From an uncultured Chloroflexia bacterium (lineage in GTDB: Bacteria; Chloroflexota; Limnocylindria; Limnocylindrales; CSP1-4), in NCBI GenBank assembly GCA_963763775.1, contig CAVXPZ010000003.1, forward strand, positions 512,001 through 576,000: a DNA stretch of 64,000 nt, read 5' to 3'. The notes beneath the pieces were generated by a model. The model was not told the origin of the DNA and did no database searches. It saw only the letters and a program-made list of their open reading frames with translations. A program made the translations under genes and the position numbers. Each line of letters opens with the position of its first letter. Position 1 is the first letter of the stretch. Shown here piece by piece: positions 48,586 through 58,273 of this stretch.

Positions 48586-49429
48586 CTAGAGGAAGCCCGG
48601 GTTCGGCAGCAGCCGGACCGGGTCGACGAGGTCCGGATCGCTCGCGCACCACGGGTCGCGATCCACGATCCGGATCCCGCCATCCAGCAGCGTGGCGATG
48701 GCCGGGTGCGGACCCGGCACGCACGCGGTCACTCGGCCACCGTCCGGCGCGGCGGCGTGCCACGCCCCGATCGTCGCCGCGACCGAGTCCGCGTCCGGCG
48801 CGATGCTGACGTGGTCGATCCAGCGACCCGGACTCGTCCGGGCGCGCCGCGCCCATCCGACCGCGGCCACCGCCCCGTCGAGCCGCACGGCGAACCCGTC
48901 GGCGTCCGGCAAGGTGGCGTAGTGGGCGAAGTCCACGGTCCGGTCGACGCCCGTCCACGTCCGCGACCAGCCGGCCGTCGCCTCGACCGTCGCCGCCTCG
49001 ACGGTCATCCCCGGGTCCCGCGGCCCGAGCCCCGAGGACGCTGCCGACCAGGTAGAGGAGCGTCCACCACGGGCGCATGCCCGCCCGGATGTACAGCCCG
49101 AGCGCCCGGTCGTCGGCCGAGCTGAACGTCATCCGAGCCGTCGCGCCGTCGAGCGCAGCGTCCAGCAGCGCCCGTCCGGCGCCGCGTTGCTGGCGGGCCG
49201 GGTCGACGAACAGGTCGGTCAGGAATTGGGCGCCGCCGATATCGATCGAGCCGGCGAACCCCGCCACGCCGCCGTCGTCCTCGACGACGACGACACGTGC
49301 CCGCACGATGAGGTGCTCGAGATACGGATACCCGGGCAGATCGGGCCAGCCGATGGGCTCGCCGGTCGCCGCGAGGACCGCCGCGATCGCCGGGATGTCG
49401 GCCGCGGTCGCCGGCCGGACCGGGGTCAC
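48586..49429 (-). CDS. GNAT N-acetyltransferase, two-domain (frameshift near 49020-49040)
   Basis: VRPATAADI, LFVDPARQQRGAGRALL, ALGLYIRAGM. Confidence 0.75.
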
Positions 49430-50592
49430 GTCGGGCCGGCGGGTCGGCCGAACCGGGCCATCGTCTCGAGCAATCGGTCGTGCGGCAGGGCGTGCGCCGT
49501 CACGCCGTCGCGGCCCACCATGGTCTCGGCCGCGACGAGGGCGTTGACGATCGCCTCCTCGGTCGCCTCGATGGTCGCGTCGAAGAGCGGGTCGATCGCG
49601 CGGTCCGCGACCATCCGGACGTCGACGGTCCCGCCGCCCTCGGCCTCCGGCGAGAGCGACGGCAGCCCGCGATTGCCGGTGGCCCACGCGAGGAAGAGGT
49701 CGCCCGAGTAGTTCCCGGCGGTGCTGCCCACGCGGGCGAGGCCCAGGCCGGCGCGTTGGGCCAGGCGCTCGCACTGGTGCGGCAGGAGCGGCGCGTCCGT
49801 GGCGACCAGGATGATGATCGAGCCGCGCTCGCCGGGGCCCGAGGCGCTCGCCGCGCGGCGACGGGCGGCGTCGGCCACGTCCGCCGCCTCGTGCGGGGAG
49901 GGGAACTCGCCCTTCGGGATGGCCTCGCCGACCGGCACGCCGTCGACGCGGAGCCATTCGCGTCGCCCGTAGTTCGCCTGGACGAGGACCCCGACCGTCC
50001 AGCCGCCCTGGGCCTCGTCCACGACCCGCGACGCCGTGCCGATCCCGCCCTTGAACTCGTGGCAGACCATGCCCGTGCCGCCACCCACGCCGCCCTCGGC
50101 GACCGGGCCGCTCGCCGCGGCGGCGAGCGCGGCGCGGACGTGCTCCGCGCGGACGTGGAAGCCGTTGATGTCGTTGAGGGAGCCGTCGTACGTCTCGCCG
50201 ACGACCGGGAGCGACCAGAACGACGAGCCGTCGGGGGCCGCGGCGACCGCCTCCGAGATCAGGGCGTCATGGACGACGCCGACGCTGTGCGTGTTCGTGA
50301 GGCCCACCGGTCCGCCGAGCAACCCGGATTCGCGGATCCACTCGAGCCCGGTCAGCTCGCCGTTGCCGTTGAGCCGGTGCGCGCCGGCGAACACCGGCTC
50401 CGACCAGGGCGCACCGCCGTGCGGCACCACGACCGTGACCCCGGTCCGGACCGGGCCGGTGCCCGCGACGAGCGGCCCGTGCCCGCTGATGAGCGTCGTG
50501 TGCCCGACGCGGACGCCGGCGACATCGGTGATGGCGTTGTGCGGTCCCGGGCGGCCGCGTCCGATGACGATCCCGAGGTCTCGTGCTCGCAT
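49426..50592 (-). CDS. P1/S58 family peptidase (DmpA-like aminopeptidase)
   Basis: NAITDVAGVRVGH, NGNGELTG, EFKGGIGTASR, G|SII..ATDAP autocleavage site. Confidence 0.92.
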   Translation of the reverse strand: MRARDLGIVIGRGRPGPHNAITDVAGVRVGHTTLISGHGPLVAGTGPVRTGVTVVVPHGGAPWSEPVFAGAHRLNGNGELTGLEWIRESGLLGGPVGLTNTHSVGVVHDALISEAVAAAPDGSSFWSLPVVGETYDGSLNDINGFHVRAEHVRAALAAAASGPVAEGGVGGGTGMVCHEFKGGIGTASRVVDEAQGGWTVGVLVQANYGRREWLRVDGVPVGEAIPKGEFPSPHEAADVADAARRRAASASGPGERGSIIILVATDAPLLPHQCERLAQRAGLGLARVGSTAGNYSGDLFLAWATGNRGLPSLSPEAEGGGTVDVRMVADRAIDPLFDATIEATEEAIVNALVAAETMVGRDGVTAHALPHDRLLETMARFGRPAGPT

Positions 50593-50644
50593 CGCGCGAT
50601 GCTACCGGGCCGACGCCGTCGCCGACCGGCCGTATCATCCGGCG

Positions 50645-52078
50645 GTGATCCCGACGTCCCCGCGCGACGCGACGCTCCGACTCCGTCGCCTTCCCGACCG
50701 GCTCGCGGCAGCCCGCCCGATCGACGTCGCGGAGCGCTTCCGCGACCTCCCCGGCCTGGCGCTGCTCGAGAGCGCTCGACCCGGCCGGAACGCACGCTGG
50801 ACGTACCTGACGGCCGACCCGGTCGCGGTCCTCGAGTCGCCGGCCGCCGGCCCGGATCCCTTCGCGGTGGCGCGACGGCTGCTCGGACGACTCGATCGCA
50901 CGGTCATCGTGCCGGCCGACGCGCCGCGGTTCGTCGGCGGGCTCGTCGGCTTCCTGGGGTATGAGCTGGGGCACGCCTTCGAGCGGCTGCCGTCGATCAG
51001 CGAGGACGACCAGGGCCTGCCGCCGATGCGGCTCGGGTTGCACGACTGGGTCGTGGCGTGGGACCGGCGGACCGGGCACGCCTGGCTCGGCGGCCGTGCG
51101 CTCGACGGCGACGCGCGGCGGCTCGCGCGGCGGCTCGACGATGTCCACGCCCGGCTCAGCGCGTCGGCATCCACGGCGTCGGGCCCGCGCACGGCGAACG
51201 CGGCGGCCGGGGGTAGCGGCCCCTTCACGTTCCGTTCGCGGCTGTCCCGCCCGGCCTATGAGGCGGGCGTGGAAGCGGTCCGCGAGCACATCGCCCGCGG
51301 CGACATCTACCAGGCGAATCTGACGCGACGACTCGAGACCTCGTTCGACGGCGATCCCTGGGAGCCGTACCGGCGCCTGCGGACCGGGGACCCGTCGCTG
51401 TTCTCGGCCTACCTCGACCTCGGGCCGAGCCAGCTGTCCGGCCGGCCGCGCGCGTTGCTCTCCGCCTCGCCCGAGCCCTTCCTGACCGTCGACGCCGGCG
51501 GGCACGTGAGCACGGACCCGATCAAGGGCACGCGTCCCCGCGGTCGGACGCGCGCGGAGGACCGCGCGCTGGCGTGCGAGCTCCTGGGCAGTGCCAAGGA
51601 CCGGGCCGAGAACGTGATGATCGTCGACGTCCTGCGCAACGACCTCGGCCGCGTCTGCCGGCCGGGGAGCGTCCGCGTCCCGCGGCTGTGCCGCCTCGAG
51701 CGGACCGCGGCCGTCCAGCACCTCGTCTCGACCGTGACCGGCCGTCTCGCCGGGGGCCGCGACGCCTTCGACCTGCTCGCGGCGTCGTTCCCCGGCGGCT
51801 CGATCACGGGCGCCCCGAAGATCCGGGCCATGGAGATCCTCGAGGAGCTGGAGCCCGTGCGTCGTGGCCCGTACACGGGCGCGCTCGGCTGGATCAGCCC
51901 GGACGGCGCGATGCAGACCAGCATCCTCATCCGGACGTTCGTGGCCGACGGTCGCCAGCTGACGCTGCACGTCGGCGGCGGGATCACCTATCGCAGCGAC
52001 CCGTCGGCCGAGTGGGACGAGACCGTCGCGAAGGCCCGGGGACCGCTCGGCGCCATCGGTGGCGTCGAGGTCGCATGA
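50645..52078 (+). CDS. pabB: aminodeoxychorismate synthase component I
   Basis: LLESA, IYQANL, SPE, PIKGTRPR, ENVMIVD..RNDLGR, FPGGSITGAPK. Confidence 0.85.
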   Translation: MIPTSPRDATLRLRRLPDRLAAARPIDVAERFRDLPGLALLESARPGRNARWTYLTADPVAVLESPAAGPDPFAVARRLLGRLDRTVIVPADAPRFVGGLVGFLGYELGHAFERLPSISEDDQGLPPMRLGLHDWVVAWDRRTGHAWLGGRALDGDARRLARRLDDVHARLSASASTASGPRTANAAAGGSGPFTFRSRLSRPAYEAGVEAVREHIARGDIYQANLTRRLETSFDGDPWEPYRRLRTGDPSLFSAYLDLGPSQLSGRPRALLSASPEPFLTVDAGGHVSTDPIKGTRPRGRTRAEDRALACELLGSAKDRAENVMIVDVLRNDLGRVCRPGSVRVPRLCRLERTAAVQHLVSTVTGRLAGGRDAFDLLAASFPGGSITGAPKIRAMEILEELEPVRRGPYTGALGWISPDGAMQTSILIRTFVADGRQLTLHVGGGITYRSDPSAEWDETVAKARGPLGAIGGVEVA

Positions 52079-52100
52079 CGCCACGGCGGAGCGAGTCCGC

Positions 52101-53021
52101 GTGAGCGGCCCCCGGCATGTCTGGGTGGATGGCGCCGTCCTGCCGGCCGGGGCGAAGCACCTGTCCGTGTTCGATCGCGGGTTCCAGCTCGGCGACGGCA
52201 TCTTCGAGACGCTGCGTGTCCGCGGCGACCGGCCGACCGAGCTCGCCGAGCACCTGGCGCGGCTCCGCCGGTCCGCGGACGGGCTCGGCATCGCCCTGCC
52301 CGGTGGTGTCGACGCGCTGATCGCCGGCGGCATCGCCGACCTCCTGGCCGCCGAGGACCTCGACGGACCGGACGGCGACGCGTCGGTCCGGATCACGGTC
52401 TCGCGCGGCGCCTTCGAGGCGCGTGGCCTGCTCCCGATGCAGGAGGACGTGCCCGCGACGATCGCGATCCAGGCATGGCCGGTGATCCCGCCGCCGGCCG
52501 ACCACCTGGAGCGAGGCCTCCACCTCGTGGCGTCGAGCGTCCGGCGCGACCCCGCGAACCCGCTGGCCACCCTCAAGACGACGTCGCGCGCCGACTACGT
52601 CTACGCCCGGCTCGAGGCGCGCCGGGCCGGGGCCGACGACGGGCTCTTCCTGACGACCGACGGGCGGCTCTCCGAGGGCACGAGCGCGAACATCTTCCTG
52701 GTCCGGCGAGCCGCGGACGGCGTCGACGAGCTGGCCACCCCGTCGCTCGACTGCGCGATCCTGCCGGGGACCACCCGGTCGTGGCTCCTCGATTGGGCCG
52801 AGCGCGCCGGTCTCCGCCCGATCGAGGCCCATCTGACCGCCTCGGACCTCGCGGCGGCATCGGAGGCCTTCCTGTGCTCGAGCGTCGCCGGGATCCTGCC
52901 GGTGACGAGGTTCGACGGCGCACCCGTGGGCGACGGCCGGCCCGGGCCGTGGACCGGCCGAGCCCGTGCCGACCGGGAGGCGATGATCCGGGGCGAGTCC
53001 CCGTCTCGACCGGCCACGTGA
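52101..53021 (+). CDS. pabC: class IV aminotransferase / 4-amino-4-deoxychorismate lyase
   Basis: DRGFQLGDGIFETLR, LKTTS, EGTSANIF, ILPGTTR; follows pabB. Confidence 0.75.
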   Translation: MSGPRHVWVDGAVLPAGAKHLSVFDRGFQLGDGIFETLRVRGDRPTELAEHLARLRRSADGLGIALPGGVDALIAGGIADLLAAEDLDGPDGDASVRITVSRGAFEARGLLPMQEDVPATIAIQAWPVIPPPADHLERGLHLVASSVRRDPANPLATLKTTSRADYVYARLEARRAGADDGLFLTTDGRLSEGTSANIFLVRRAADGVDELATPSLDCAILPGTTRSWLLDWAERAGLRPIEAHLTASDLAAASEAFLCSSVAGILPVTRFDGAPVGDGRPGPWTGRARADREAMIRGESPSRPAT

Positions 53022-53365
53022 CCCGCGACGAGCTCATCACGCGGACCCGCCAGCTCATCGACGAGGGCGACCGGCTCGTCGCCGACCCGTCGATGGGGTC
53101 GCTCCGGGTGTGGCTCCAGCACTCGGACGACCTGCTGTCGACCGCGTGGGGCACGATGGATCGCTACCACCTCTCCTGGCTGATGGTCGGCAAGCCGAAG
53201 GGCATCGTCCGCGGGCGGCCGATGACCGCCGACGAGGAGGCCGGGTACGTGCGCGAGGTCGCCGAGCAGAAGACCGCGGCCTTGCGGATGAGCCTGGACG
53301 CCGTCGAGCGTCAGCACATGCCGTTCGCGGGCGAGACCGGCGGGGTCGGAGCCGGCGGTGCCTGA
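53018..53365 (+). CDS. hypothetical protein
   Basis: GTGA-coupled; VTRDELITRTRQL...AWGTMDRYHLSWL; coding-like. Confidence 0.65.
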   Translation: MTRDELITRTRQLIDEGDRLVADPSMGSLRVWLQHSDDLLSTAWGTMDRYHLSWLMVGKPKGIVRGRPMTADEEAGYVREVAEQKTAALRMSLDAVERQHMPFAGETGGVGAGGA

Positions 53366-54657
53366 CGCCCGGCCCGCTGCCGGCGCGGTCCACCTCGTCG
53401 CGGCGGTCGGCGGGACGCGCTCGGTCCCGGCCCCGGACCCGGTCGCCCGCGACTATCTCCTGCTCGGGCTTCGACTCGACCAGCACCAGCCCGGGATCGT
53501 CGACGGGTACTACGGTCCGGCGGACCTCAAGGCCCAGGTCGACATGGCCCAGCTCCGGGCGCCGGCCCGACTTCGCGACGACGCGACGGCGCTGCGGGAT
53601 CGGCTCGCCGGCGAGGTCGACGACCCACAGCGGCGCGCCTGGCTCGATGCCCAGCTGGTCGCGCTCGAGACGCAGGCCGCGGCCCTCGCCGGCGACCCGC
53701 TGCCCTACATCGAGCACGTCGAGCGCTGCTTCGGACACGCACCGCGGCGTCGAGACGACGCCGTCTTCGAGGCCGCGGCCTCCCGGATCAACGAGCTGCT
53801 GCCGGGCGATGGACCGCTCGAGATCCGCCTGGCGGCGTGGGATGCCGGGCTCGAGATCCCCGTCGAGCGTCTGCCGACCGTCGTCGCCTGGCTGACCGAC
53901 CGGTTCCGTCGACGCGCCGCGGACCTGTTCGGCCTGCCGGATGGCGAGGACCAGCGCGTCTCGCTCGTGACCGGACGGCCGTGGTCGGGCTACTGCTGGT
54001 ATGACGGCGGCCGTCGGTCACGGGTGGAGATCAACACGGACCTGCCCGTCCGAGCGCCGCAGCTGGCGCGCACGATCGCCCACGAGACGTATCCCGGACA
54101 TCACCTCGAGCACGCCTGGAAGGAGGCCGACCTCGTGGACGCGAAACGGCGGCTCGAGGCGTCGATCCTGCTCATCAACACCCCGGAATGCCTGATCAGC
54201 GAGGGCCTGGCCGACCTGGGCACGGACTTCGCGATCCCCGCCGACGAGGCTGTCGAGCTCCTGGTCGAGGTCTTCGTCCTGGCCGGCCTGCCGGTGACCG
54301 CGGACCCGGCCGCCGCCCGGGCCACCGCCGAGCGCGCGGTCGCCCTGCGGGTGCCGCGCGCGACGCTCGACGCGATCCGCGGGCAATGCGGCGATCCTCC
54401 GCCACGCCGACGGCCGGTCACACGACGAGGTCCTCGACTACCTCGAGACGGTCGGGCGCTTCTCGCCACCGACCGCGGCCAAACGGCTCGAGTTCATCGA
54501 GCACCCGCTCTGGCGGACGTACGTCTTCGTGTACGCGGACGGGGAGGCGTTGCTCCGACGCTGGGTGGACGCCGTTCCCCCGGCCGAGCGTCCGGTGCGG
54601 TTCGGACGCCTGCTCCACGAGCAGCTGACGCCGGCCTCGGTCACACCGCCTTCGTGA
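53358..54657 (+). CDS. DUF885-like zinc-dependent protein (frameshift near 54385)
   Basis: VDGYYGP, HETYPGHHLE, SEGLAD; corrected C-terminus WRTYVFVY.DG...LLHEQLTP. Confidence 0.75.
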
Positions 54658-55150
54658 AGACCACCCGATCCTCGCCTTCGCCGTCGTAGTCGGCGTAGGC
54701 CGGCGAGCCGTACAGCCGCTGCGTGCCGTCGCCCTCGTCGGGGGCGAAGCCCATCGCTCGGTGGAACCCGACCGAGACTTGGTTGGCCGGCCACGTGACC
54801 GCCACGACCCGGGCCGCGCCGGCGGCCCGGGCGTCCTCGTAGAACCGCTCGTACAGTGCGCGGCCGAGGCCGAGACGTCGTCGGTTCGGGTTCGTGCCGA
54901 CCATGTGGACGTACCCGATCTCCGGGTGGTCCGGGCTGACGAACCCGATCAGGAACCCGAGCAGCCGGCCGTCCGTGCCCTCGGCGATCCACGATGTGCC
55001 GGTGAAGTGCCGGAACCACAGCCGGGGCAGCGTGGCCCGGACCTTGCGACCGCCCCACCAGTCGTCGACCTGGGCGATGACGACCGGATGATCCGCGTCG
55101 ATCGGCCGGCGGAAGCTGACGTCCTCGAGCCCCGGCCCGGCGATGCTCAT
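54641..55150 (-). CDS. GNAT N-acetyltransferase
   Basis: WWGGR, YVHMVGTNPNRRRLGLGRALYE, N..SVGFHRAMGF. Confidence 0.88.
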   Translation of the reverse strand: MSIAGPGLEDVSFRRPIDADHPVVIAQVDDWWGGRKVRATLPRLWFRHFTGTSWIAEGTDGRLLGFLIGFVSPDHPEIGYVHMVGTNPNRRRLGLGRALYERFYEDARAAGAARVVAVTWPANQVSVGFHRAMGFAPDEGDGTQRLYGSPAYADYDGEGEDRVVFTKAV

Positions 55151-55656
55151 CGGGCCGTCAGCCAGGCGACGACCGGCGCGATCCCGGCCTGGAGGAGGAC
55201 CAGCGGTCCGAACGTCTCGCCGAGGTAGTCGGTCAGTGAGAGCACGCCGCCCTCCGTCCCGGCGTAGAGCCAGAGTCCCACCTGGCCCGCGACCACCGCC
55301 AGGACCGCCACGAGGGCGGCGACCGCGGCTCGACGGCCCGCGGTCATCGACCCGCCGGCACCGAGCTTGAGCGCCCAGCCCGTCCCCCACCCGATGACGC
55401 CCGCGGTGACCAGGAGGCCGCCGGTCAGGGTCACGATGCCGCCGAGGACCGTGATGGCGATCGCGCCGACCACCCCGACGAGCACGGCGAAGAGCAGCCC
55501 GCGGCCCGGCGACGTCGGCCGGGGCGGTGACGGGTCGGCGACCTCAGGGACTCGGTAGCGGTCCGACGGCGGTCGGGCGAGGCGTCGCTCGCCTGGTGTC
55601 GGAGGCGTGGCGGGGAGGCCGTCTGGTCCGGTCGTCGTCGTGCTGGGATCCGTCAC
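55147..55656 (-). CDS. membrane protein, unknown function
   Basis: RLARPPSDRY N-terminus then 4 TM segments. Confidence 0.7.
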   Translation of the reverse strand: MTDPSTTTTGPDGLPATPPTPGERRLARPPSDRYRVPEVADPSPPRPTSPGRGLLFAVLVGVVGAIAITVLGGIVTLTGGLLVTAGVIGWGTGWALKLGAGGSMTAGRRAAVAALVAVLAVVAGQVGLWLYAGTEGGVLSLTDYLGETFGPLVLLQAGIAPVVAWLTAR

Positions 55657-55721
55657 GCGGCCATCGTATCCCGCGCCGCACGTCCACTTGCCCACGCACA
55701 AGGCAGGCGCATACTCGCCGG

Positions 55722-56194
55722 GTGGCGATCGACCGCGCCGGCGGCATCCTCGTCCTCATCGGGACGGCTTCACGTTCGTGGCCGTGCGTGGCCGCGGCGA
55801 CCGGGCTCGCGGGCCTCGCGCACCGATCCGGCCGGCCTGGCCGTCGACGTGCCATGGCGTGCGTCGGTGTCGCCCTGCTGCTCGGTCTCGCCGGCGGTCG
55901 GACCGTCGGCCGCGGATCGGGTCGCTCGCGGCCGTCGCCGGGGCGGCCTCGCCGGCACCTCGACGACGGATCCGCTCGCGAGCCTCCCGATCGTCGCGCT
56001 CACGGTCGCGGGTTCTGCCTCGTGCCCACGGGTGGCGTCACCGGGATCTCGCTCCTGCGATGGCGGGCGGTCGCGCCTGGTCGGGGCGGCGCTCGTCGTG
56101 GCGATCCTCCGGGCGGGGCGCTCGCCTCGACGCCCCGCGGATCGCCTTCATCCTGATCGCGTCGGGGACCGCCGGGATCGGCTGCTCGCGCTGA
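55722..56194 (+). CDS. probable membrane protein disrupted by several frameshifts
   Basis: Hydrophobic stretches in alternating frames (VAIDRAGGILVLIG; VGVALLLGLAG; LPIVALTVAG; IAFILIASG). Confidence 0.3.
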
Positions 56195-56227
56195 CGGGCG
56201 CGCGTGCCCCACGGTAGACTGCGGCTC

Positions 56228-56711
56228 GTGAGCCATCCCAGCCTCGGCCTGCCGCCGCTCGACCCGTCCGCGGGCCAGCCCGCCGCCGCCGCCAGGATCC
56301 GCGCGAACAGCGACCGATTGGCCGCGCGCGCCCTCGAGGCCGCCCTCGCCGCCACGCCCGGCATGCGCGAGCGCTACGACGACGACGGCGCTGCGCCTGC
56401 GGCTGCATGACGCCTCGCTCCTCGCCGAGCGCGTCGCGATCGCCGTCGCGGCCGGTGACTCGACCCCGGCGCGGGAGTACGCGGAGTACACCGCCGCTGT
56501 CTACCGGCGCAAGCAGGTCCCCATGGACGACCTCATCGCGTTGTGCGAAGGCCTCCGGTCGGCGTTTCCCAGCGTCCTCACGCCGGCCGAGCTGCCGGCG
56601 GCCGGTGAGGCCCTCGACGCCGCGATCGAGCGCTATCGGTGGCACCGCCGACTGGCGGGCGACGCGCGGAAGAAGAACGCCCTGCTCCAGTTCCTGTACA
56701 AGGGCGGCTGA
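56228..56711 (+). CDS. globin/phycobiliprotein-like helical protein (frameshift near 56390)
   Basis: LAARALE..L...PGMRERYD...LHDASLLAERVAIAVAAGD...Y.EYTAAVYRRKQVPMDDL. Confidence 0.6.
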
Positions 56712-56718
56712 GGCGTCC

Positions 56719-57048
56719 GTGACGATCAAATGGGTCCAGCAGGACCCGCTCGTCATGAACGGCGAGCCGTTCTGCTACGGATCGCGGCTCACGGTCCGGC
56801 AGCTGCTCGAGCTCCGGTCGAACGGGTACGACCTCACCCGGATCCTGAACGACCATCCGGAGTTGCGCCCGCTCGGCATCGCGGCGGCGTACACGTATGC
56901 GGCGGCCCATCGCGAGCGGTATGCGGACTTCTTCGAGGCGGATGGCACGCTCATCGGACCGGGCTACAGCGAGGCCGAGGCGGCCAGCCTGCCCGCGCAG
57001 TACCGCACGCCCGGGGTCGTCGTGACGACCGAGGCGCCGGTCGCCTGA
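56719..57048 (+). CDS. DUF433 domain protein
   Basis: DP.VMNGEP....SRLTVRQLL...GY....IL.DHPEL....IAAA..YA. Confidence 0.8.
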   Translation: MTIKWVQQDPLVMNGEPFCYGSRLTVRQLLELRSNGYDLTRILNDHPELRPLGIAAAYTYAAAHRERYADFFEADGTLIGPGYSEAEAASLPAQYRTPGVVVTTEAPVA

Positions 57049-57091
57049 CCTCCCGCCACCTCTCGGCTATTTCCGAGTCGGGTGCTAGGAT

Positions 57092-57442
57092 ATGACCCTG
57101 ATGACCGACACCAGCACCGATCCAGCGTCTGCGCCGACCGCCGAGGCTCCCGCCTTCGACGCGGAACGCCGTGCCACCGAGCTGGCGATCCTCGATGCGC
57201 TCCGAAGTGTGGTGGATCCCGAGATCGGCATGAACGTCGTCGAGCTCGCGCTCATCAAGCAGATCATCCTTGGGCCCGACACGACCGAGATCAAGATGAT
57301 CCTGACCACGCCGTTCTGCCCGTACGCCGGGTCGATGATCGCGCAGGTCAAGGAGCAGGCCGAGTCCGTCGTCGATCACGACGTCAAGGTCACGCTGCTC
57401 GCCGAGCGCTGGGACCCGCGCGACGCAGGTCTGATGTGGTGA
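57092..57442 (+). CDS. metal-sulfur cluster assembly factor (DUF59/SufT/PaaD-like)
   Basis: LRSVVDPEIGMNVVELALI, LTTPFCP. Confidence 0.88.
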   Translation: MTLMTDTSTDPASAPTAEAPAFDAERRATELAILDALRSVVDPEIGMNVVELALIKQIILGPDTTEIKMILTTPFCPYAGSMIAQVKEQAESVVDHDVKVTLLAERWDPRDAGLMW

Positions 57443-57552
57443 CCGTCCGCGCCTGACGTCCGACCCCGTCCGAGGGGTCGCGTGACAAGGTCTGCTACCG
57501 TTTTCCGCAGAGGTCGGCGTTCGCGTCCGACCGACGAGGAGCCGAACCAGCC

Positions 57553-58273
57553 ATGACCGAAGACCGCATCCCCGCCACCCCGTATGCCAGCGCTCCACCG
57601 GCGACGCTCGCCGTCAAGCCGGACGCCCGCCTCCAGGTGGTGTTCCTGAGCCACGCGTTCCTGTGGATGTTCGCCGGGCTGCTCGTGTCCGCGGTGGTCG
57701 CGTTCGCCGTGCAGGGCAACCAGAAACTGCTCGACTTCGCCTACGGCAACTTCTTCCTCATCTTCATCGCCCAGCTGGTGCTGGTGATGGGGATCTCCGC
57801 CGGGATCCGGCGGATCAGCGCCACCGGCGCACTCGCCTTGTTCTTCGTCTACGCGGCGTCGCTCGGCGTCACGATCGGCCTGATCGTGGCCTCGTACACC
57901 GACGGGGTCCGTCGTCATGGCCTTCGGCAGCGCGTCCGCGATGTTCGGGGCGGCGGCCGTCTACGGCGCGGTCACGAAGCGGTCCCTGGCCGGCATGGGC
58001 GGCTATCTGTTCATGGCGCTCGTCGGGCTGTTCGTCGCGATGCTGCTGAACCTGTTCTTCGGGAGCGGCCCGCTGAGCTTCATCATCGCGGTGATCGGTG
58101 TCGTGCTCTTCACGGCCCTGACCGCGTACGACGTCCAGCGGATCCAGGCCGGCGACCTCGTCGCCCAGACCGGGTCCGTCGAGAAGGCCGCCGTGATGGG
58201 CGCCCTCCGCCTCTACCTGGACTTCATCAACCTCTTCCTGTTCATGCTCCGCCTCCTCGGCGGCCGGGGCTGA
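57553..58273 (+). CDS. Bax inhibitor-1/YccA family membrane protein (frameshift near 57905)
   Basis: WMFAGL, LFMALVGL, LTAYDVQRI, GALRLYLDFINLFLFMLRL. Confidence 0.9.

Noticed and set aside
57869-58242. GGDEF/EAL ORF apparently overlapping the YccA gene by about 400 bp
   Set aside because: The extension is antisense YccA sequence. A frameshift near 58350 gives a plausible stop at 58242.
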